Of a DNA stretch of 32,000 nt, positions 12,490 to 26,999 are shown one piece after another. Below the pieces are notes generated by a model, which searched no databases, was not told the DNA's origin, and saw only the letters and a program-made list of their open reading frames with translations. Both the position numbers and the translations under genes were made by a program. The stretch's first letter is position 1. Each line of letters opens with the position of its first letter. The DNA lies in the NCBI RefSeq assembly GCF_052938775.1, contig NZ_CM129038.1; one strand, 5' to 3'.

Positions 12490-12510
12490 AATTTGCTGTG
12501 GACGTATGAC

Positions 12511-12777
12511 ATGATGAGCTTTCAGAAGATCTATAGCCCAACGCAATTAGCGAATGCAATGAAACTGGTTCGCCAGCAAAATGGCTGGACGCAGAGCGAG
12601 CTGGCGAAAAAAATTGGCATTAAGCAGGCGACAATTTCCAATTTCGAAAACAACCCTGACAATACCACGCTCACGACATTTTTTAAGATTTTACAGTCGC
12701 TTGAACTCTCAATGACACTATGCGACACGAAAAATGCCTCGCCAGAATCAACAGAACAGCAAGATCTGGAGTGGTAA
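12511..12777 (+). CDS. hipB: Antitoxin / Xre-family HTH repressor HipB
   Basis: 88 aa from ATGATG at 12511 (MMSFQKIYSPTQLANAMKLVRQQNGWTQSELAKKIGIKQATISNFE...). The track ORF starts at an upstream TTG, which I do not favour. The stop overlaps the hipA start (TAATG). Confidence 0.93.
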   Translation: MMSFQKIYSPTQLANAMKLVRQQNGWTQSELAKKIGIKQATISNFENNPDNTTLTTFFKILQSLELSMTLCDTKNASPESTEQQDLEW

Positions 12778-14099
12778 TGCCTAAACTTGTCACTTGGATG
12801 AACAACCAGCGGGTAGGCGAGTTAACGAAGTTAGCCAACGGCGCGCACACCTTTAAGTATGCACCGGAGTGGTTAGCCAGCCGTTATGCCAGACCGTTGT
12901 CACTTTCGCTGCCATTGCAGAGGGGGAATATCACCTCAGATGCCGTATTTAACTTCTTCGATAACCTGTTACCCGATAGCCCGATTGTACGTGACCGGAT
13001 CGTTAAACGTTATCATGCTAAATCCAGACAACCGTTTGATTTATTGTCAGAAATAGGGCGAGACAGCGTTGGTGCCGTAACGTTATTACCCGAAAATGAA
13101 ACCATAACGCGCCCGATAATGGCATGGGAAAAGCTTACTGAAGCCAGGCTTGAAGAAGTATTAACGGCTTATAAAGCAGATATCCCTCTGGGCATGATTA
13201 GAGAGGAAAATGACTTTCGCATCTCGGTTGCTGGCGCGCAGGAGAAGACAGCGCTGCTTAGAATAGGCAATGACTGGTGCATTCCGAAAGGAATAACGCC
13301 GACGACGCACATCATTAAATTACCGATTGGCGAAATCAGGCAGCCCAATGCGACGCTCGATCTCAGCCAAAGCGTTGATAATGAGTATTACTGTCTGCTG
13401 CTGGCGAAAGAACTTGGGTTGAATGTTCCGGACGCAGAAATCATTAAAGCGGGAAATGTGCGCGCGTTAGCGGTCGAACGTTTTGACAGGCGTTGGAATG
13501 CTGAGCGAACGGTTTTACTTCGCTTGCCACAGGAGGATATGTGTCAGACATTCGGTTTACCTTCATCGGTGAAATATGAATCAGATGGAGGCCCAGGCAT
13601 CGCGCGGATCATGGCTTTTTTGATGGGGTCCAGCGAGGCGCTGAAAGATCGCTATGATTTTATGAAATTCCAGGTCTTCCAGTGGTTGATTGGCGCAACG
13701 GACGGTCATGCAAAAAACTTCTCCGTATTTATTCAGGCTGGCGGCAGTTATCGACTCACGCCATTTTACGACATCATTTCAGCATTTCCGGTCCTTGGCG
13801 GTACGGGAATACACATCAGCGATCTCAAACTGGCAATGGGGCTTAACGCATCCAAAGGCAAAAAAACGGCAATCGATAAAATTTATCCGCGACATTTTTT
13901 GGCGACAGCAAAGGTGCTGAGATTCCCGGAAGTGCAGATGCATGAAATCCTAAGTGACTTTGCCAGAATGATTCCGGCAGCACTGGATAACGTGAAGACT
14001 TCATTACCGACAGATTTTCCGGAGAACGTGGTGACGGCAGTTGAAACCAATGTGTTGAGGTTGCATGGACGGTTAAGACGAGAATACGGTAGTAAGTGA
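12777..14099 (+). CDS. hipA: Serine/threonine kinase toxin HipA
   Basis: 440 aa from ATG at 12777 (MPKLVTWMNNQRVGELTKLANGAHTFKYAPEWL...). It has the HipA N- and C-domains, including GATDGHAKNFS in the catalytic loop region. The track ORF is extended upstream into hipB in the same frame. Confidence 0.93.
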   Translation: MPKLVTWMNNQRVGELTKLANGAHTFKYAPEWLASRYARPLSLSLPLQRGNITSDAVFNFFDNLLPDSPIVRDRIVKRYHAKSRQPFDLLSEIGRDSVGAVTLLPENETITRPIMAWEKLTEARLEEVLTAYKADIPLGMIREENDFRISVAGAQEKTALLRIGNDWCIPKGITPTTHIIKLPIGEIRQPNATLDLSQSVDNEYYCLLLAKELGLNVPDAEIIKAGNVRALAVERFDRRWNAERTVLLRLPQEDMCQTFGLPSSVKYESDGGPGIARIMAFLMGSSEALKDRYDFMKFQVFQWLIGATDGHAKNFSVFIQAGGSYRLTPFYDIISAFPVLGGTGIHISDLKLAMGLNASKGKKTAIDKIYPRHFLATAKVLRFPEVQMHEILSDFARMIPAALDNVKTSLPTDFPENVVTAVETNVLRLHGRLRREYGSK

Positions 14100-14170
14100 G
14101 ATATGGGGTTTGGTCGTTGTTAATGAACAATCATGACCGCCAACGACTGGATTCTTCCTTGGTTTATACT

Positions 14171-14263
14171 GGTGCGCATAATGTGACACGCGTTATGTTG
14201 AAAAGGCCGCTGCGATACTCTCCACCGCAGCGGCCTTTTTATACATAACGTCATTGTGCGCAC
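14171..14263 (+). other. attL: host dif XerC arm fused to the phage attP inverted-repeat (forked hairpin) region
   Basis: GGTGCGCATAA (the exact XerC arm of E. coli dif) is followed by TGTGACACGCG-TTATGTTGAAA instead of TGTATA-TTATGTTAAAT. Arm 14172-14214 and arm 14226-14263 are imperfect inverted repeats around the 11-nt loop ATACTCTCCAC. The terminal stem is GGCCGCTGCG/CGCAGCGGCC, flanked by AAAA and TTTTT. Confidence 0.8.
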
Positions 14264-14269
14264 TGAACC

Positions 14270-14425
14270 TTAAAGGATTTCAGTGTCCTTACTTAGTTTG
14301 TTGTGTATGGTCATCACCAACGGTAGGACAAGCGTTATCAGGCTGAATATTGTCATGCCTGTGATGCTGCCAACAACAAAATGCTTTATCAGCAGGTCAA
14401 GAATTAAGTCACTGGTTGTCTGCAT
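14270..14425 (-). CDS. Possible 51-aa small hydrophobic protein (below the ORF-track size cut-off)
   Basis: The reverse strand from ATG at 14425 reads MQTTSDLILDLLIKHFVVGSITGMTIFSLITLVLPLVMTIHNKLSKDTEIL, stop at 14272-14270, with one clear TM segment. It lies downstream of, and on the same strand as, the 62-aa regulator, and is followed by the attP stem-loop, which has a T-run on this strand. There is no convincing SD. Confidence 0.3.
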   Translation of the reverse strand: MQTTSDLILDLLIKHFVVGSITGMTIFSLITLVLPLVMTIHNKLSKDTEIL

Positions 14426-14460
14426 ATTGCTTTTTAGCAATCATGTAATACTGCACTTTT

Positions 14461-14481
14461 GTACCACGGGTGGTACTTTTT
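14461..14481 (+). terminator. Hairpin GTACCAC-GG-GTGGTAC followed by TTTTT (plus-strand terminator-like, or origin/packaging hairpin)
   Basis: Perfect 7-bp arms (14461-14467 and 14470-14476) followed by T5. It is flanked by direct repeats TGCTTTTTAGCAATC (14428-14442) and TGCTCTTCTAGCAATC (14481-14496). Confidence 0.45.
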
Positions 14482-14516
14482 GCTCTTCTAGCAATCGCCA
14501 AATCGTTTTGTGATTA

Positions 14517-16852
<2,336 letters not shown>

Positions 16853-16882
16853 CTGAATTTTTAACATTGAGGAGTCTGATTT

Positions 16883-17308
16883 ATGAATCAAATTTATGAC
16901 AGTTTTCCGTTTCCTTCCCCTGAGGGTTTTACCGCAGGTATGACAATGGCGGGATATTTTATTCACGCCACTGTCATAAATGATGAGGAGTTAAAACCCA
17001 CGGGTTCTCATTATAACCCTGAGGCTAAACCCAAATATGCCATTGTTATTGGCTATCCGTATGAGGACCGAAAATTAAAAGTCCGCCGTGAGGAGCATGA
17101 GCGATTTTCCTGTACTGAGGAGGATTTTAAATTTTTTAATTCATGTCCTGATTTGCAGGGCAAACCTGTTTATCTCACGGTGGATGTTAACTCATGGTCG
17201 ACAGGCTCTGAACGTCATGGTGTCTGGTATCGTTTTATTTCCGGCTCCATGAAACGTTTTGACGGTCAGCCGCTGGGTGCGCTGCCCGCAGGTAAAGAAA
17301 AAGGCTGA
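16883..17308 (+). CDS. 141-aa protein in the gpV (ssDNA-binding protein) position; function unproven
   Basis: GAGGAG SD 8 nt upstream. It lies immediately after Rep and before the small membrane proteins and the coat gene. I could see no resemblance to f1 gpV. Confidence 0.6.
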   Translation: MNQIYDSFPFPSPEGFTAGMTMAGYFIHATVINDEELKPTGSHYNPEAKPKYAIVIGYPYEDRKLKVRREEHERFSCTEEDFKFFNSCPDLQGKPVYLTVDVNSWSTGSERHGVWYRFISGSMKRFDGQPLGALPAGKEKG

Positions 17309-17312
17309 TGAT

Positions 17313-17453
17313 ATGTCTGACGCTGATTTTCTGAACTTTGTTTTATTTGCTGCGCCTGCAATGATTTTATTTTCTTCAGGTTTTGGCATCGGAATAAAAC
17401 TGATTCGCGCCTGTGACTCACAAAGCATTACTGTTCAGCGTTATTATGACTGA
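17313..17453 (+). CDS. 46-aa small membrane protein (gpVII/gpIX-position minor coat candidate)
   Basis: ATG at 17313 after an AAGG SD: MSDADFLNFVLFAAPAMILFSSGFGIGIKLIRACDSQSITVQRYYD, one TM segment. The track shows a longer version starting inside the previous gene. Confidence 0.5.
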   Translation: MSDADFLNFVLFAAPAMILFSSGFGIGIKLIRACDSQSITVQRYYD

Positions 17454-17616
17454 ATTTGATTTCAGCGGTGTTTTATCCGCACTGAATTCTGGCGTACAGG
17501 ACGGGGAGCTTTACTGGGCCGTTCTGTATGTCTGGATTGTCTGCTGGCTTCTTGGCTTTGGCCTTGGTGTTATTTTCACTCTGGTCTGCCGGATGTTCAG
17601 CGATGCTGTTAATTAA
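17446..17616 (+). CDS. 56-aa small membrane protein (gpVII/gpIX-position minor coat candidate)
   Basis: The ATG at 17446 overlaps the preceding ORF's end by 8 nt: MTEFDFSGVLSALNSGVQDGELYWAVLYVWIVCWLLGFGLGVIFTLVCRMFSDAVN, one TM segment. The track version starts at GTG 17413. Confidence 0.5.
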   Translation: MTEFDFSGVLSALNSGVQDGELYWAVLYVWIVCWLLGFGLGVIFTLVCRMFSDAVN

Positions 17617-17622
17617 TTTTAA

Positions 17623-17883
<261 letters not shown>

Positions 17884-17898
17884 TAGTTATTTAACGAC

Positions 17899-17921
17899 AG
17901 CGCCCTTCGGGGCGCTTTTTT
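17899..17921 (+). terminator. Rho-independent terminator after the major coat gene
   Basis: AGCGCCC-TTCG-GGGCGCT followed by TTTTTT. Ff phages place a terminator after gene VIII in the same way. Confidence 0.85.
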
Positions 17922-17942
17922 AATCATTTCAGGAGTTTTTGC

Positions 17943-19100
17943 TTGATTCACTTTATTATTCCGCTTCTGTTTTTGTTCTTTTCCTCGTTTTCTTTTGCTG
18001 AGGAGAAAGAAAATCCGGATAATCTTGTTCAGTGTTTTGGCCGTTTCGACTGCAGAACAGCTTATTCAGATGCGGGAGCATCGATTAAATTAGCCAGGGG
18101 AGCTGGTCATATTTATTGTGGTTCCGGTAGTTACGATGCGTGCTCCGGAATAATTCATTATTGCGGTGATAGGCTATCAGACTCGTCTCAAGCGCCTTCC
18201 ACCGTTGGGGTTTTTGTCCATGCCCGGTGGTTCGCATATAAAGTCTGGGATTTAGAGAAGCGAGAGTGGAGTACCTGCACTCTTGAATATCAGGGTGGTG
18301 AGGGGGATTTGACACCTGAATATAATAAGCCGCCAACTGACGAGATTTGTCTTTCTCGTCCGGTTCTTGATGGTATGACTTTTCCTGGTGTTTATAAAGG
18401 TGATGACGGGACCCGTTATGTTAATGTGCAGGGGTGTATTTATGAGGCAACCGGCAATCCTTTTATTTGTAATCCCGATGATGATACGGTTTGTACTGCC
18501 AACTGGAAACCAGTTGCTGTAGATCCTGCATTCTCCGATGATAAGGAGGATGGCGGTAGCTCAGGTGGTGGCAGTTCCGGTGGTGGTAACTCAGGCGGTG
18601 GCAGCTCAGGCGGTGGCAGTTCCTCCGGCGATGGCTGGCTTGGTGATATTCTTGGCTGGTTGCAGCGTATTTGGGTTTCAGTGAATGATTTGAATAGTTT
18701 CTTTTCTTTTTCTCAGGCTGATGTAAATAATTCACTGAATACTTTTGATGACCAGCTGTCTGATATTGTTAAAAATGAATCGGGTGATTCATCAAATGAT
18801 TATGATTCTTTAACCTCTCAGTTTATTGATAAGCTACCTAAGGAGTGGTTATTTATTGATTTCGACAAGTTATTTTTTCCTGGTAATCATCGTTCTGATG
18901 GGGCTCAGCCACTTGAGGTTGATTTTTCATTTTATCTTCCGGTGATTGGGACTGTACATTTTACAGTTGACACATCCGATTTTTCATCAGCGTATGATTT
19001 GTTGTTAAGGCCTGTTCTGGAATATTTTATTTATGCACTTACTGTTTTTCGTCTTTATTTTGTTTATCGTCGCGCCCTGATGCGTCATGCTGAGGTTTAG
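17943..19100 (+). CDS. Minor coat / adsorption protein (g3p-like)
   Basis: TTG start 7 nt after AGGAG. It has a signal peptide MIHFIIPLLFLFFSSFSFA, a Cys-containing N-domain, and a Gly/Ser linker GGSSGGGSSGGGNSGGGSSGGGSSSG. The C-terminus is hydrophobic (YFIYALTVFRLYFVY). Confidence 0.8.
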   Translation: MIHFIIPLLFLFFSSFSFAEEKENPDNLVQCFGRFDCRTAYSDAGASIKLARGAGHIYCGSGSYDACSGIIHYCGDRLSDSSQAPSTVGVFVHARWFAYKVWDLEKREWSTCTLEYQGGEGDLTPEYNKPPTDEICLSRPVLDGMTFPGVYKGDDGTRYVNVQGCIYEATGNPFICNPDDDTVCTANWKPVAVDPAFSDDKEDGGSSGGGSSGGGNSGGGSSGGGSSSGDGWLGDILGWLQRIWVSVNDLNSFFSFSQADVNNSLNTFDDQLSDIVKNESGDSSNDYDSLTSQFIDKLPKEWLFIDFDKLFFPGNHRSDGAQPLEVDFSFYLPVIGTVHFTVDTSDFSSAYDLLLRPVLEYFIYALTVFRLYFVYRRALMRHAEV

Positions 19101-19102
19101 TT

Positions 19103-19465
19103 ATGGTTGTTTTTATTAATTTCATTTATTCTTTTGTGCTTATTATTTTCAGGAGGCTGCTGCCTTTCCTCAGAAATAAGTTTCCTTCTGCTTTTTCTTA
19201 TGCGGGTACATTAACGTATCTTTTTATGTCGATTTCTCTTGCTGTAAGTTTTATTATTGCAGCAAACTCTGTTATTGATACTGTTTCTTCTTCTGCTGTT
19301 ATGAACAGGTACCTTATTATTGCGTTCAGCTATTTACCCCATAACTTTACATTTTGCGCAAATCTCATTATCGCCGCTGATTTTATTTCTTTTCTTTTTC
19401 ACTCAAAGGAACGTATTTATCGATATATTCGCTTGTTTATATCAGGGAAAATACCGGGAGGCTAA
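19103..19465 (+). CDS. Minor coat membrane protein (g6p-like)
   Basis: 120-aa multi-TM protein immediately after the g3p-like gene, with a GAGG SD. The assignment is by position and hydrophobicity. Confidence 0.65.
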   Translation: MVVFINFIYSFVLIIFRRLLPFLRNKFPSAFSYAGTLTYLFMSISLAVSFIIAANSVIDTVSSSAVMNRYLIIAFSYLPHNFTFCANLIIAADFISFLFHSKERIYRYIRLFISGKIPGG

Positions 19466-20680
<1,215 letters not shown>

Positions 20681-20760
20681 GACAGAAGAGATACCGCTCG
20701 CCGCAAGTTTATGACCGAACGTAGTGAGCGAATAAACGAGGAAGCGGAATGTCTTCATGA

Positions 20761-22014
<1,254 letters not shown>

Positions 22015-22067
22015 GTGCCGACCGGGATTATCAGGACGCGGCATCTCAGTTTACCCACCACAACGTC

Positions 22068-22160
22068 AGTGCGCATAATGTGACACGCGTTATGTTGAAA
22101 AGGCCGCTGCGATACTCTCCACCGCAGCGGCCTTTTTATACATAACGTCATTGTGCGCAC
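22068..22160 (+). other. attP-type junction between phage A copies (dif-like inverted repeat / forked hairpin)
   Basis: AGTGCGCATAATGTGACACGCGTTATGTTGAAAAGGCCGCTGCG, loop, CGCAGCGGCCTTTTTATACATAACGTCATTGTGCGCAC. It is identical to 14172-14263 except that the base preceding it is A, not the host G. Confidence 0.8.
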
Positions 22161-22166
22161 TGAACC

Positions 22167-22322
22167 TTAAAGGATTTCAGTGTCCTTACTTAGTTTGTTG
22201 TGTATGGTCATCACCAACGGTAGGACAAGCGTTATCAGGCTGAATATTGTCATGCCTGTGATGCTGCCAACAACAAAATGCTTTATCAGCAGGTCAAGAA
22301 TTAAGTCACTGGTTGTCTGCAT
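22167..22322 (-). CDS. Possible 51-aa small hydrophobic protein (copy 2)
   Basis: Same as 14270..14425, offset +7,897. Confidence 0.3.
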   Translation of the reverse strand: MQTTSDLILDLLIKHFVVGSITGMTIFSLITLVLPLVMTIHNKLSKDTEIL

Positions 22323-22413
22323 ATTGCTTTTTAGCAATCATGTAATACTGCACTTTTGTACCACGGGTGGTACTTTTTGCTCTTCTAGCAATCGCCAAAT
22401 CGTTTTGTGATTA

Positions 22414-24749
<2,336 letters not shown>

Positions 24750-24779
24750 CTGAATTTTTAACATTGAGGAGTCTGATTT

Positions 24780-25205
24780 ATGAATCAAATTTATGACAGT
24801 TTTCCGTTTCCTTCCCCTGAGGGTTTTACCGCAGGTATGACAATGGCGGGATATTTTATTCACGCCACTGTCATAAATGATGAGGAGTTAAAACCCACGG
24901 GTTCTCATTATAACCCTGAGGCTAAACCCAAATATGCCATTGTTATTGGCTATCCGTATGAGGACCGAAAATTAAAAGTCCGCCGTGAGGAGCATGAGCG
25001 ATTTTCCTGTACTGAGGAGGATTTTAAATTTTTTAATTCATGTCCTGATTTGCAGGGCAAACCTGTTTATCTCACGGTGGATGTTAACTCATGGTCGACA
25101 GGCTCTGAACGTCATGGTGTCTGGTATCGTTTTATTTCCGGCTCCATGAAACGTTTTGACGGTCAGCCGCTGGGTGCGCTGCCCGCAGGTAAAGAAAAAG
25201 GCTGA
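24780..25205 (+). CDS. 141-aa gpV-position protein (copy 2)
   Basis: Identical to 16883..17308. Confidence 0.6.
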   Translation: MNQIYDSFPFPSPEGFTAGMTMAGYFIHATVINDEELKPTGSHYNPEAKPKYAIVIGYPYEDRKLKVRREEHERFSCTEEDFKFFNSCPDLQGKPVYLTVDVNSWSTGSERHGVWYRFISGSMKRFDGQPLGALPAGKEKG

Positions 25206-25209
25206 TGAT

Positions 25210-25350
25210 ATGTCTGACGCTGATTTTCTGAACTTTGTTTTATTTGCTGCGCCTGCAATGATTTTATTTTCTTCAGGTTTTGGCATCGGAATAAAACTGA
25301 TTCGCGCCTGTGACTCACAAAGCATTACTGTTCAGCGTTATTATGACTGA
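25210..25350 (+). CDS. 46-aa small membrane protein (copy 2)
   Basis: Identical to 17313..17453. Confidence 0.5.
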   Translation: MSDADFLNFVLFAAPAMILFSSGFGIGIKLIRACDSQSITVQRYYD

Positions 25351-25513
25351 ATTTGATTTCAGCGGTGTTTTATCCGCACTGAATTCTGGCGTACAGGACG
25401 GGGAGCTTTACTGGGCCGTTCTGTATGTCTGGATTGTCTGCTGGCTTCTTGGCTTTGGCCTTGGTGTTATTTTCACTCTGGTCTGCCGGATGTTCAGCGA
25501 TGCTGTTAATTAA
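25343..25513 (+). CDS. 56-aa small membrane protein (copy 2)
   Basis: Identical to 17446..17616. Confidence 0.5.
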   Translation: MTEFDFSGVLSALNSGVQDGELYWAVLYVWIVCWLLGFGLGVIFTLVCRMFSDAVN

Positions 25514-25519
25514 TTTTAA

Positions 25520-25780
<261 letters not shown>

Positions 25781-25795
25781 TAGTTATTTAACGAC

Positions 25796-25818
25796 AGCGC
25801 CCTTCGGGGCGCTTTTTT
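25796..25818 (+). terminator. Terminator after the major coat gene (copy 2)
   Basis: Same AGCGCCC-TTCG-GGGCGCT-T6 structure. Confidence 0.85.
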
Positions 25819-25839
25819 AATCATTTCAGGAGTTTTTGC

Positions 25840-26997
25840 TTGATTCACTTTATTATTCCGCTTCTGTTTTTGTTCTTTTCCTCGTTTTCTTTTGCTGAGG
25901 AGAAAGAAAATCCGGATAATCTTGTTCAGTGTTTTGGCCGTTTCGACTGCAGAACAGCTTATTCAGATGCGGGAGCATCGATTAAATTAGCCAGGGGAGC
26001 TGGTCATATTTATTGTGGTTCCGGTAGTTACGATGCGTGCTCCGGAATAATTCATTATTGCGGTGATAGGCTATCAGACTCGTCTCAAGCGCCTTCCACC
26101 GTTGGGGTTTTTGTCCATGCCCGGTGGTTCGCATATAAAGTCTGGGATTTAGAGAAGCGAGAGTGGAGTACCTGCACTCTTGAATATCAGGGTGGTGAGG
26201 GGGATTTGACACCTGAATATAATAAGCCGCCAACTGACGAGATTTGTCTTTCTCGTCCGGTTCTTGATGGTATGACTTTTCCTGGTGTTTATAAAGGTGA
26301 TGACGGGACCCGTTATGTTAATGTGCAGGGGTGTATTTATGAGGCAACCGGCAATCCTTTTATTTGTAATCCCGATGATGATACGGTTTGTACTGCCAAC
26401 TGGAAACCAGTTGCTGTAGATCCTGCATTCTCCGATGATAAGGAGGATGGCGGTAGCTCAGGTGGTGGCAGTTCCGGTGGTGGTAACTCAGGCGGTGGCA
26501 GCTCAGGCGGTGGCAGTTCCTCCGGCGATGGCTGGCTTGGTGATATTCTTGGCTGGTTGCAGCGTATTTGGGTTTCAGTGAATGATTTGAATAGTTTCTT
26601 TTCTTTTTCTCAGGCTGATGTAAATAATTCACTGAATACTTTTGATGACCAGCTGTCTGATATTGTTAAAAATGAATCGGGTGATTCATCAAATGATTAT
26701 GATTCTTTAACCTCTCAGTTTATTGATAAGCTACCTAAGGAGTGGTTATTTATTGATTTCGACAAGTTATTTTTTCCTGGTAATCATCGTTCTGATGGGG
26801 CTCAGCCACTTGAGGTTGATTTTTCATTTTATCTTCCGGTGATTGGGACTGTACATTTTACAGTTGACACATCCGATTTTTCATCAGCGTATGATTTGTT
26901 GTTAAGGCCTGTTCTGGAATATTTTATTTATGCACTTACTGTTTTTCGTCTTTATTTTGTTTATCGTCGCGCCCTGATGCGTCATGCTGAGGTTTAG
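25840..26997 (+). CDS. g3p-like adsorption protein (copy 2)
   Basis: Identical to 17943..19100. Confidence 0.8.
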   Translation: MIHFIIPLLFLFFSSFSFAEEKENPDNLVQCFGRFDCRTAYSDAGASIKLARGAGHIYCGSGSYDACSGIIHYCGDRLSDSSQAPSTVGVFVHARWFAYKVWDLEKREWSTCTLEYQGGEGDLTPEYNKPPTDEICLSRPVLDGMTFPGVYKGDDGTRYVNVQGCIYEATGNPFICNPDDDTVCTANWKPVAVDPAFSDDKEDGGSSGGGSSGGGNSGGGSSGGGSSSGDGWLGDILGWLQRIWVSVNDLNSFFSFSQADVNNSLNTFDDQLSDIVKNESGDSSNDYDSLTSQFIDKLPKEWLFIDFDKLFFPGNHRSDGAQPLEVDFSFYLPVIGTVHFTVDTSDFSSAYDLLLRPVLEYFIYALTVFRLYFVYRRALMRHAEV

Positions 26998-26999
26998 TT

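Noticed and set aside
12493-12510. Upstream TTG start for hipB, and the upstream extension of hipA from 12720
   Set aside because: The TTG start overlaps the last HipB operator and promoter. The canonical 88-aa HipB begins at the ATGATG at 12511. The hipA extension is simply the hipA frame open across the hipB 3' end. The ATG at 12777 in the TAATG overlap gives the known 440-aa protein.
14283-14513. 76-aa plus-strand ORF (GTG start, AAGGA SD-like sequence), repeated at 22180..22410
   Set aside because: The composition is implausible (Cys-rich, no recognisable structure). It runs straight through a terminator-like hairpin (14461-14481) and two direct repeats, and it lies in the region expected to hold phage origin or packaging structures. 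I kept it only as context for the antisense 51-aa ORF hypothesis.
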